Below, in pieces: positions 48,501-60,601 of a stretch of DNA of 64,000 nt. Each line of letters starts with the position of its first letter. Within the stretch, counting starts at the first letter, position 1. The translations under genes and the position numbers were made by a program. Location: contig CM120643.1 of assembly GCA_051362555.1 (NCBI GenBank), positions 29,640,848 through 29,704,847 on the forward strand, written 5' to 3'. The DNA is from Lingula anatina (taxonomy: Eukaryota; Animalia; Brachiopoda). The notes below the pieces were generated by a model, which was not told where the DNA came from, did no database searches, and was given only the letters and a program-made list of their open reading frames with translations.

Positions 48501-50675
48501 CATAAAATAATTGAATGCCCTTACCATCAGTCCTTCACCTCAACAATGCCATATTCAAGCGGAAATAATTATTTTACATTAAACACGACACTTTACTTTC
48601 CCAGACGTGACAGAGGATCGAAGCCTATTACACATTCCCGGGGAAACAACACTGATATCATTTCTAATGGATGTGCTTTCGTTGGAAAGCCATGTTAGAT
48701 TTGACTTGCTCTGGTGTTCAGCGCAACCACCCGTGAATGTCAAATATTTATAACTGTCCCTGCATTCAGCGTTCAATGAGTTTTTTATCATTGACTTAAC
48801 ATCGTTATGCCAAGTCACGAAGCAGCAGAGGGAAGACGAAATAGTATGCATTGGAGGGAGGAAGGCAACATTAATCTAATGATGACCGTTTTGCACATGT
48901 TTTGACTTTCCAGCAATGAATAATATCCCCTACTACCCCTTGATCTGCCATAGGAAAAGAATATAGTATGTTAAACCCAAAAACATTCCCCCATTAATAT
49001 TAAATAATTCAACCAATTAGTAGTCTAATATACGGATATCATCCATAATAATGGCATCCTTCTAATCATCGTTATAAAAACGTCTGCTTTCGTCTGCTGA
49101 ATGATTAATTTGACTATTTGCAGACTCCATTCTTCATCAAGATACAGAGCTGGTTCAATTATTTGCATTGTTGTCAGTTTATCTGCTGTGGAGACGTTTT
49201 GTTGAGTTCACTTCAAGTACCATAAAAATAAAGATTTCTACATTCTAAACACTAATTTGGCCTCGTAGGTAATGAATTAAAAGCAATTCATTGACTGCTA
49301 TATCGCCATAATGTACACTGATGTTTATTTATGACTTCAAAATTGGAAACAATTCTGCTAACGCTGGTATTTCAGTCAAAAGCAATTCAATATTCTTTAC
49401 GCCAATATTTACGTATGACAACTAAATTGAAAAGTCTTCACTTTCTCGGCCATTGCCACTCAAAACGTGACGTTTTTGACATCATTCTACCAATATGAAT
49501 TACACACAATCTAAAGCTATAAATTCCTCCACGAACCTTTTGTCCAACAGACAACACAGTGCCATTCCCACCTTCCACATCACAGATACTTCTTATATTA
49601 TTATTTATCAGACCGTTGGCCTACTTCACAAACTGGCGAACGTTCGAAAGTTGTTCTTAACTTAAAAAAATTAAGTCTTATTTGACTCAATATGCTGTCG
49701 TGCACCAAATATGTTTATATTTCTTCAAAGGAAATATGATTACTTTGTTCAAATGACCGACTGTTTTAAAGGATTCTACAACTTTTGTTGAGGGGCGTGT
49801 TTCACAAAGCGAATATATTTTTTGGGTTAAGATAAAACAACTAAACTTTCCAACAGCGAGAAGACCACTCTGCAATACTGATCAAAAGTCCTCAATTAAT
49901 GTTGTTGGAGAAACTGATGGGCCTAAATAAGATTACCGGTGGGAGTTGAGAAAAAGAACAGACTTCGTGGTCTTTAAGACCGTTCAAACGCAATTTAGCC
50001 GATGAAAGTTCATGGCATGTCTAGGCTTATAGACCGATTTTCGACTTTAGTCCTTTTGGGAAAAATGACTTTCCAGATATTGCTAAATAACTTTGTAAGG
50101 GTCCATTGTAAACCAGGAATAGGACCATGATAACACAGTTTATGTTTGAATTGCAATCAGCCGATAGCAGAATGTTTCGCAACATGATGTAGGAGAACGT
50201 AGTACTTAATGGATGCGTCTACCATCAAATATAGTATAACAAGACATGTAATCGCCCTGAAGGCTACCAGTGCCGAAATGGACAATTCAAATGGCATCCC
50301 CAAGGTTTTCAGTAATGGGGATATACACGCTAATCCGCCATTTACATTAATGCCAAGTTTGTTCTGATCTTGTTGCGCTCTTTGAGGAACTGTGGACACG
50401 ACAAGCGATAAACTGAACCTTGTTTTCATTGGTCAGAACTGGATTGCTTCACACAAGTTTGCCAAACATTTATTTACATTAAAAAAATAACATGGCGTTG
50501 ATTTTGCTTAATTTAAGTTAACAAATTATTTTCGATCCGCAAAAGGACTGAGAAAGGTTCCATATAATAAAGGCATACGAACAGTGTACACATATCGATA
50601 TACAAAACAAACGAGAACGAACCATGGGACTGACACAATAGCATCACAAGCATTGAAAATGTGACAATGCAAAAA

Positions 50676-50714
<39 letters not shown>

Positions 50715-53700
50715 AATAGAATCCAAAATTATACTTTCATGTCAAAAACAGATAAAAATAGCCTTTAAGCAGTAACAGTTACATATATGTAGGCTACTCG
50801 TCTCGTGAAGCATATGCCATGGTACACTGGGTGGACTCGGCAAAATTATTTTCCATTGTCTTAATGGGGATGATCCCTACTCCATTTATTATTCCAAAAT
50901 TAATTTCGGAAATATAAATAAGTAATGGGCATGTCTTCTGGTAATCTATTAACGCTGGGCGTACCTCTCACTGGCGTATATGCAGTTGTACCCAGGTGCT
51001 GTAATGATAACTCACAAGCTCTAATATCGTTTCTCTCTGACATAAATTAAACGTTCCGAGGACGGCTTCACAAAATAGCTTAAGTCAGTTTTTGGTCTAA
51101 AATGTTAGTCTGCTAAGATTGAGCCGTCTACTTTATGTTCCATTATGTACAAGGCCGCTTACCTATAATTTATGGTTTCGTAATTTACCCTTAAACATTG
51201 TATAATTCTGTTGACTTTTAGGGGTGACATTTGCCCATTTAGGTATATAGCATTTGTTCTTAAAAGCTCTTGAACCAATCCAGCAAAATCGACCTTGCAT
51301 GGTCAACTATCTGGTTTTAGACGTCTAAGAATGTATAGCCCAAGTACATTAGACTATTTGTACCCAGCCTTGATATCGTCTATGCTCTCTAGACACCTCA
51401 TTTGATAAGCCAAAGCCACGTAGATAACCCCAAAAACTATATCATTTCCGCCGAGTCAGTTAATATCAGTAATCGATCAAACGGTCATCACAAAGGCGTT
51501 CCCTGGGTTCATCGGTATATAGATTAACTGCCAGATGCAAATGTGTTATTTTCTGTTTATCTTGTTAAATGTCTGTTCACGTGACAGAGGTTGGACGTAT
51601 CGGGTTAGATGGACCCTTCTTGGGGACAGTTTTGCCGTAAGGACAACGTCGGGACATTTCCCTTGTGTGCATATCTGATTGGAGAATCGCACTTCACTTA
51701 CTTTACCTAATTATAAGTACGATTTAATGTGTATTGGAACAGCAGTGCGTTCTCCCTATATCTCTCTGTATGTGTGTGTGTGTGTGTGTGTGTGTGCATG
51801 TGCGTACGATGTATGTTTAGAGAATACAACTAAGCTTTCCAGTTTCAAGGAGGACCGCAGAGTCTGGAAATCAAGCTCTGCCGGTGCTTAACATGATGTT
51901 GACGGCACAGACTGCGGTCAATATGATTGATGTGTGCGTGTGTGTGTGTGTGTTTGTGTACATGTGCATGTGCAGGCGTGTGTTGATATATGTTGTTATG
52001 CGCATATGTGTTCCTGGGTAGGTGTGCGTGTATGATGGGGGGGGGGGGCGTTATTTACCACGAGTGTGCCCCGTGAGTGTACTTGAGAAAAGAGAGACGA
52101 GAAGTTTACATCGCACTGTCGTGTTATCTTCCCCTACGGCTGTGAAAAGGGAGTTGAGTGTTTACACTAATGTACTATCTTTGACCACTTCTCATGCTCT
52201 CTCTACACACTTTCATTCGGGTTCTTATTTTGCGTAGAAGAGAGGTCCACTTCCGGTCTAGCTAACAGGTATGACTCGCTTTTAGGAATTCGTCATCCAA
52301 TAAAATGCATTTTGAAACAAAGCTTATCAGTTTACGAAAAATGAAAATGCAGGAATGTTGATCCGAGGTATCTGATAACTATAAAACTATATCTCACGAG
52401 AAAAAAACTTGGCGTTTGAGAGCATATGTACAACTAAAATCGTACTACGGCGTACAGGTCCGTTTATAAATAATACTATATAGATTGTATACCCGCGGTA
52501 TATATTCTTTTTGCATGAAATTTGTGCTACATCGCATTCTTTCTAGCAAGTCGCGTTTGTATGCGTTTTAGTACACCATTGCTCTTTTTAACATCTCATA
52601 ATTACAGGATGGTGGACAGGTCGATAAAGTAGCGTGATCAGTATCAATCGAATCTCCATTATTGCATTGTTAACTAGAGGCATACGGTGCCTCTCTGCAG
52701 GGAGCCAATTGAACGTGTCTGTTTTCGTGCAGCTTTCAAGAGTACAAAAAGATAATGCAGATATGCGCACACTGATGCTTTTAAACCCTGGAATGGTTCA
52801 ATTGCATTGTTGAGGGATATCGCTTTGATCGAACTGTCGCCGAAACGTGAAGAGATTTTGAATTAGCTAGATTGCTCTGAAACCGATATTTGGCTGTCGC
52901 TGATTGTTTGCAGGCATTCGTTTTCCTAATTGAATCCTGGGAGGTCTTTGGTAAAACGAAACCGAAACTCCCAGAGCGCATGGGTGCCCTTAGAAATGAT
53001 GCCTGCTAGCGTATTTCAAAAATGGTATGTTTATGCGTCAAACATATTGCTGCAAATTGGTATTGTTTTCATGGACATTACGGCAGTAATGTTTATTACT
53101 CTTCAATTTGATTTAAAGGGTGTTATTACGTAGTATATTAAACAAAAGACGTATACGGAGTGGAAACATAATTGATTTACCCAGAAAACAGCGGTTTGAT
53201 GTTTTTCTCCAGTCAATATCACTGTCATTATTTTATCATCAGTCTCCTTTTTTCAATTTGTGCAGCAGGAAAATGATCCCTTGTTAAGACTGATAAAGAC
53301 AATATCTCAGCACTTCCTCCCGGATATCATGACGGTAATCAAATACTAAGGGTTTTCTTGAGTTGAAAAATAAATGATCTTGTCTTTGTTTTATTACATG
53401 GGGCGTCACCCGTGGGTTTTCTACGCAGTTATGTTTGCTTCGATGGCCAACCTACGGCTTTTTAATATAAGGGACAGGGTGTATTTAATATAAGGGACAG
53501 GGGGTATGTAATATAAGGGACAGGATGTATTTAATATAAGGGACAGGGTGTATTTAATATAAGGGACAGGGGGTATGTAATATAAGGGACAGGGGGTATT
53601 TAATATAAGGGACAGGGGGTATGTAATATAAGGGACAGGGTGTATTTAATATAAGGGACAGGGGGTATTTAATATAAGGGACAGGGGGTATTTAATATAA

Positions 53701-54974
53701 GGGACGGGGGATATAAATATGTATCGTTCATTTGATCATCATTCACTTTATTGCATCGGCAAATTGAAAATAGTCAAATAGGAAAATATTGCTGTACAAT
53801 GTTTGTCACTAGGTTGCAAAGTTGTTTAATTTTGTTTCTGTGTTCTTGTTTTAGTTTTTTTAAAGAGGGGGGGGGGATGAAGGGGCTAACTTCAGTGGTA
53901 GAGGTTAGAGAACGAAAATGAGGCCGTAAGCATTTAGCGTTAATGTTGTTTTCAATATGAATACATAAATGACACAGAGGTTAATTGGCAGTGTAATGTA
54001 CTTATGTACTATCCTGTAGATTATGTCAGTTTTCACTCATTGCAGCACCGCAATCAGTGGGACTATTTTTATATCTGACCCCACTCTCTCCAAACTACCA
54101 GGATTTCATGATTAGGCGAGAGATTCATTGTTATCTTGGATAATTCTTGTTTGTATATTCTGTATGCATCATATTGTGTGCATTCTGCAGCATTCAAGGA
54201 TAGACGCTAATTCTACTTACCTATACTCGTATCAAACGCCCCTAGGTATTCTGACGTCAGAAACTGTCTCGCCAGCGCGGTTCGTCCCACTTTTGGTGCT
54301 CCAAGCATGACGACTTTATAAGGCGGCACCTCCCCGTCGCCGCTGATGTCAGAACTGCTGTCACAGTGAGCCCCACTGCCCATGGAGGTCACGCTGGACG
54401 CACGTTCACGAAATTCCTGTTCCGTCATGACGTAATTTTCACTGGACTTCACGCTTTGATTACTGCGGGACTTCCGCTTCGTCGAGTCGCCACGATTTTT
54501 CAGTCCCTTTGACGAAAGAGTAAATGAGCGTACTTTCATCAAATATTCATCGTCGTTATTCTCAACATTGTCCGGTCCGATTGCTCCAGATTCTGAATCG
54601 TCTGCGTGTTCAGGGTGTCTTGGGCGACCATGCATCCCTTTGGAGGGCATACTGAGTGCCCGGGGACGATACTCACGTGACGAAATCTCCAGGTCACGTG
54701 GTCTCCTTGGTCGTCTGCAGGAATGTGATCTGGAAGGCGAGGTTGTTTCAAAATTTGAAGCACCAGCAGCTGCCGCCCCGGCAAAATATTTACTGCTACA
54801 GTATTTTAAACTTGGGGCTTTGAATGACCCGCCTCTTCGAAGGGATGCGTTGGCCTCGACTTCTTCGAACGCCCCGTCCGGTGCGTCGCCATTGATATGA
54901 CTCTGCCCACCGTGTGCTTTCCTCGGCATTGCTTTGGGTTTTTTAGTCCGGGATGGAGAACTGTCTTCCTTCAT
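40084..54974 (-). CDS. RGK-family (Rad/Gem/Rem) Ras-related GTP-binding protein, 424 aa
   Basis: Exons 54974-54221, 43943-43861, 43498-43312, 40334-40084. Motifs include VRSF....KGLKNRGDS, YKVVMLGAPKVGRTALARQFLTSEY, IILVGNKADIVRAR, CKFIETSA, a basic tail and SKSCDDL near the C-terminus with no CAAX. An acceptor at 54976-54977 implies an upstream exon. Confidence 0.9.
42368..42534. mobile_element. MITE-like inverted-repeat element in an RGK intron
   Basis: TGCCGGTGTGACAGGAATGGT ... ACCGTTCCTGTCACATTGGCA, with an internal GGTTAGGGTTAG. Confidence 0.6.
53461..53714. repeat. 23-bp minisatellite, about 11 copies
   Basis: Unit T(T/G)TAATATAAGGGACAGGG(G/T)GTA in tandem. Confidence 0.95.
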
Positions 54975-55780
54975 CCTTTAAAAGAGAGTAAAATATAATA
55001 ATAAGATAATGATACATTTTTAATCTTCCATCTTTCACAAAAGTGTGAGATAAGCCTGATATAAAAAGCTCGTCGGACTTAAAATTATTGTAGACAAATT
55101 CGTCACAGAAGCAACCATTTGCCAAATTAAAAAAAAATCAATAGTAGGCTATGTTGTGTACTATCTTAATTCTTGTAAACAACCAGGACCTCAGTCCTGC
55201 TTACAAAAGATGGCTGTATGCGATTGTGAAAAGGACATGCTTAACAATATATATTCCATATTAACAATATAGTAGGGGCCTATTCGTAAAAATGGTTAAG
55301 GCAGGCCCCACTATTAGCTTCACTAGCCTGCCATCAAGTCCCCCCTTATATCTGTTCTGTATATCCGGTTTGCAATCTATGTTAAAACAAGTATTCTCAC
55401 GCAACCCGTAAATTTTGGCCCACTCCCATAAAATTTAATTTGCTCTCTTTTCTGTTCCTAACCCGTATTTTGGCCATCTCCCAACATTCTCAATCACAGC
55501 GAAAGAAATATCATTAAACCAAAAATACATTGCAGGATAACCAAGGACCACAAAATTGATACTATTTTTCCAACCAACACTTCTAAACCCACATCCAAAA
55601 CTAACCGAATCATTTTTCATTTATGTGTAGTGACCACATATATTACTGATTTTAGAATATTCACGAATAGGCCTAATACCATCCGAATCAACATTTCGAC
55701 ATCTGATTTCTAAAACTGACCGATATCTGCGTCATAATTAAACCAAATGTATCTTTAATCTAAAAAATACTCCCTTTTAC

Positions 55781-55902
55781 CTCTGCGAAGTGAAATTTCC
55801 CTGAAGCCACAGTTTTTCATTCGACTACTGCTCCTACAATCCTGACCAGCATTGATCTAACGTCCTAGGAATTTACTCAAACTCTTGCATTTACCTTATA
55901 TA
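55781..55902 (-). promoter_or_regulatory. Candidate TATA box and non-coding first exon of the RGK gene
   Basis: Minus-strand TATATAA at 55902-55896 and donor GAG|GTAAAA at 55781/55780 could supply the upstream exon implied by the acceptor at 54976. Confidence 0.3.
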
Positions 55903-56922
55903 AAGACTGCAGGAGGCGTTCACATCAAGATCAACTTAGACCTATGAAGGACTTCATTATGACTCCTAGCCTAGAAATCTAGGAGGCTTAGACTCCAAGT
56001 GTAAATAACGTAGTAATCTATTGGTGATCTCAATTGGTTAAAGTGAATGCCCTCTGACAACGAAATCGATGCTTAATAAATCTCAATAAGCAATGATCCC
56101 ATTTAGTCGAGGTAAAATCTAAGCTTAACCTGGTGTGAACCCTACTTCGGATCACCCGCATTTCAAAGCACTATTGGTTATTCCATATTACATTCCTGTC
56201 AAGCCCACATTATTCACGCCATTTCCATTTGCCACAAGTCTTCAACTTCAGCCATTACAGCATGGATCATGGCAGATCATAAAACAAAGCTGCAATTTTG
56301 GAGATAATGCCACATGTCATCCAAATAGACAGAGAAAAGAAACTGAGCCGTTATTCTCTCCTTACAGTGACTTTAGATTCCGACAAGTCATCTATTAAAC
56401 ATGCAGAATGGCAAGAAGACTGTAGCCAGCAATTTTTTATCCCCTTAGTTGACCCAACTTGATTAATGACATAGGACCTAGATCGAATATTGATTTAGAG
56501 CGGGTTTTTTTATCGTTCAAAATGGTGGTTGTAACAAACCCCCTGTCTACGGGTCTGTGAGTGAACGACTTCGCCATATGCATGTTTCACTTGGTAAATG
56601 TGTGTGCTGGTTTTATGAATTAGCACAACAAAGTCAGTCTATGTATACATTTATATTCCAGTCTTAATGAAAGTTCTGTAACCTTCACTTAGATAACGGA
56701 AACTTTCATTATACGAAGGTGTCATCTCTTTCCCGCATTACGTATACGTAAAACATATTTGCCTGTAACTCATTATCTAAATTATTTCGTGAATCGTGTG
56801 TCAGTGATGACATAGTGCTTACATTTAATAAACTGTCATAGGTGGCACAGATCCAGCTTGAGGCATTTTTTACATCAACCACAGAAAGTCATAAACAATA
56901 AACGCTACACCATTACTGTGAT

Positions 56923-57091
56923 CCCATTCAGAATAGGGGACTAACTTGTCCGAGAGTCAAATATGGCCGACCCACTTGAATACTTTACTACGGGATACCT
57001 ATTCAGTGTCTATTAGCGGATTAGACGGTAAGCTTTGTAGTGGGTCGCCATATTTGACCCTCGGACTAGTTAGTCCCTTATTCTGAATGGG
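56923..57091. mobile_element. MITE-like fold-back with arms of about 54 bp
   Basis: CCCATTCAGAATAGGGGACTAACTTGTCCGAGAGTCAAATATGGCCGACCCACT (56923-56976) pairs with 57039-57091. CTGTG occurs on both flanks. Confidence 0.75.
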
Positions 57092-57361
57092 TCCTGTGAC
57101 AAGTGTCTTTTCCATAGATCTTCCCATGACTTTCTTCATCCTTAATTTCAGACAATAAGCCGCGCGTTCGTCTTAATGAATGCGTATGGTCCCTTAATGG
57201 TATTGGGGATATAAACGGAAATCCAATGTGTATTCACACCAATTCTAATTAACCCCCCCCCTCTTTGTCATTAGACGATACACTGTTTATTTTGATTACC
57301 TAGACTGCATCAGGGCATGGAGGAACCCTACTTTTCAATCATTAATTGGACAGTTGTGTAA

Positions 57362-57563
57362 AGCCCCCTTTACACTGGACAGCGTCCCTTCTGCGCACTA
57401 CAGCACGGTCAATAATACTTTACGTGCCAACTACTGGCCGGTCATTAAGCATTCATTTTGCAACCAAAACGATGATTGTGCCTCCTTTCTACGACCACAG
57501 CCATGCCAGTGTCATGATGGCACAAAGGACGCAGAAAGGACGCCGTCCAGTGTAAAGGGGGGT
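57362..57563. mobile_element. PIF/Harbinger-type MITE, 202 bp
   Basis: TIRs AGCCCCCTTTACACTGGAC / GTCCAGTGTAAAGGGGGGT extend to about 35 bp, with TAA on both sides as the target-site duplication. Confidence 0.8.
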
Positions 57564-58491
57564 TAAAGAAGTATCTTGTGCCCTAAGCGGTTTTAAATGA
57601 AACCTGTGTGAACAAACCAACCGAATTAGATTACATGAGTGAACGCATATTATTAGAGCAAAGAGATGTCCTACTGTACACCAGATACTCAGATTCCCAG
57701 CCGAAACAACTTGCTCATCCAGTAACGTGTACTATAGGTCTTAGGGTTTTAACTTAGACCCCACCTGAACACACCCAGTGTCTCCAAGCAAGGGTTCATC
57801 AGTGACATGTATCTATGATAGATCATCATCCATAATTGATAAACCATCCCAAGGACAAACATGTAATTAATCAAGCCAATTTTCATGATAGGTTATTTAT
57901 TTGAAAAAAAAAAGCAAAAAAAAAAAAAAAATGGACGGCCTCCAGTGACTAGACCCATACTTCGTGTAATTAAGATGTAATCTTAAAATCGTTCCCCAAC
58001 CAGGTCAAGCAGAATTGTTAGTTTTCCGTATTGAATATCAGTAATCAGCTGTAATCTATCTCATGCTGACATCACATAATCCATACATTATTATTATTAA
58101 ACTTCCAAGCGGGCAGATCCGGAGAGATCCAAAACTCTAAATTGCTAGGATTAAGTCTACAGAACGCCCATGCTGGCCTGCATGTAGTCCACATTATAGC
58201 TTCTATGCAGGAATTGTAACATAAGTTAATGCATAATTGATCAACAGTGATTGCCCTCATCAATACGAACCAAATTTGGACGACATGAGAAAGTCTTATA
58301 GACCATTAGTGTAGTACACTAAATCATGTCCAGTTTACGTAGCTCAGCATCTGAAATTAATGAATGCACACTTATGCTGTATAGTCATGAGCTGAGTTAA
58401 TTGTTATGTGATCACAGTTCAGAATATGTTGGTCTATTGGTGGATATTCTAGTTTCTATAAATATTCGAGTTTCGGAGGCTTGCTTCACAA

Positions 58492-58534
<43 letters not shown>

Positions 58535-59835
58535 AAAGCCCCAAAATCGGTTTATGTTTTTGGACCAAGAATTTAATGTGCTTGAAATTTAAGTTAAAGC
58601 AGAACAGCCCAGTAGCCAGCAATTTTATAGGTAAAGTGCCATCTTGTTCTAAAAAATTGACCATTTTACCCCCTCAGTTGAACTAGTTTTTGGAATTGCA
58701 AAGAACGTCATTCACATTTTGATCCAGGATAGAAAGGGACATCGGGTTGACTATTGCTACCCTGAGTTTCAGTGGTCATTGGAGACACATCTATTTTACC
58801 AACAGGCCTGATAATAAAGAGGAGAGTTCCCTGTGACATTGGAACCTTAGGGGACTGTTGTCACTAGGTTGAAATACATGATGAATAATGAAATACATTA
58901 AAATGTTTGCTCTAGAAGATTAAGCCAAATTTTGGTCGTAGGTTAATTATCATTATTATTAGTAGTAATTTATTTTTAGTGAGACCTCTCCCAAAGAACT
59001 CAGAATGCAGACGTGTTAGTTGACATAACATTAATAATTAGATGATAACATCTGAAAATTATGTCAATTAATAGGAACACATAAAAATTTATTTTTAAGT
59101 TATGTCAACAAGGATTAAATATTTGTAGGTAAAAAATGAAAAACTTTCCATGTTTTTAAGATTGAAATAACATTAGCTTTTTTTTTTTTGCATTGCCTCA
59201 AGGCTTTTTGTCGACCCTTTGTGATTTATCAATAAACTGCTGATGGACTGACAATTATTTTCAGTCGTCTTTTTTTACTGTTCGTCAAGGCTGAATGAAT
59301 AACAGTAGTAAAATGTCATTTGCAATCCACCAGAGAAATTAAAATGCCACATATTCGCACGGTGAACTTCATCCTAATAAAACTGAAAAGAGAAAAAAGC
59401 GCACTGCCTTCAATATCTTATTTTGTTTTCGCAATAACTCAACTTTAAACTGATATGAGATCAGCTGCCTTTTTCGCTTGGGTCAATTCTTTGAATGGAC
59501 GCGGTCAACTGCGTCTTGAATGTCGAAATAATCAAGACTGACGGGAGTTAAATGGTTTGTAGGAGGTCAAAAAGACGTCTCATCCGTGTACTGATAACGG
59601 TCGGTTTGACATCACGTACTTGCTCAATGGTACGGTATAGCGCATCCTCTTGAAGACATCTATTTTAAAACGAAAGATAACAGAGATGGTGAAAATAGAC
59701 GCCTCATGGGACACATTTCTGTTTGATTACACATTTACTTCGCGGGTATCACACAGGCACAATTCGTAAATAAAGTGAAAAGGAGTTGAATAATAAAAGA
59801 AATAATATTCCACGGATATAGAAAACACGCACAAA

Positions 59836-59867
<32 letters not shown>

Positions 59868-60157
59868 TTCAGGATAACACACACGCGCGCGCACGCATTC
59901 AGGATCACACATGAAGGCGTATCTTTGTAGACCGCTTAGAGCTGCAAGCATATTTACCTGCTTGCTTAAGTCGAGTTGTAATATTAACGTATCATTTTCT
60001 CTCACAGAAGAAAGCTTCCAGGGTTCATGTCAATTTGTAGAACCTAATGGTAATGCTATACGCAATATTCAGTAACGTTTTATGCACCTTAGAATAGATA
60101 GCATTACATTGTCTGTGGGCAGTGCTTCCTACAGCATGCCTTCCAGAATGTAAGAAA

Positions 60158-60361
60158 TGCACCCTGAGTTTCAGAGACTACATAAATCTTCCCTTTATTA
60201 TCAGCATCTCCTTGCTGGGCCATCTCACGGCACAGGCATGCTAAAACTGTGACCAGTGCTCAGGAAGCCGTTGAATTAGGGTATTATTGGAAACAAAAAA
60301 AGTACGGGCAATGTAAAAATAGAGTTTATACTTTCCAGTAATCTCTGAAACTCAGAGTGCA
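60158..60361. mobile_element. MITE-like element, CACCCTGAGTTTCAGAGA TIR family, copy 3
   Basis: TGCACCCTGAGTTTCAGAGACTA ... TAATCTCTGAAACTCAGAGTGCA. Confidence 0.7.
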
Positions 60362-60541
60362 GCGACGCCAATCACAAACAAACCGATCAATCAGTAACAA
60401 AGAGATTTGAGCTCAGCATTATAAGGCTGCTAGGATCAACTTCCAAACACACGCTGCTGTATTGGAAAACAGCAGACGGCATCAAAAAGAGTGCCGTTCA
60501 TATCAACAAAACCACTGGTTGATCATTGTCTTGGGGAGATA

Positions 60542-60601
60542 GTGTGTGTGTGTGTTTGTGTGTGTGTGTTTGTGTGTTTGTGTGTGTGTGTGTGTGTGTG
60601 T
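60542..60601. repeat. (GT)n-type microsatellite, representative of many simple repeats
   Basis: Imperfect GT run. Other simple repeats lie near 20297, 27054, 32492, 37623, 43151, 45537, 50673, 51771, 58490 and 63709. Confidence 0.9.

Noticed and set aside
44000-54200. Nested genes among the many 60-90 aa ORFs in the large RGK intron
   Set aside because: No recognisable domains or consistent exon chains. Several ORFs are microsatellite translations.
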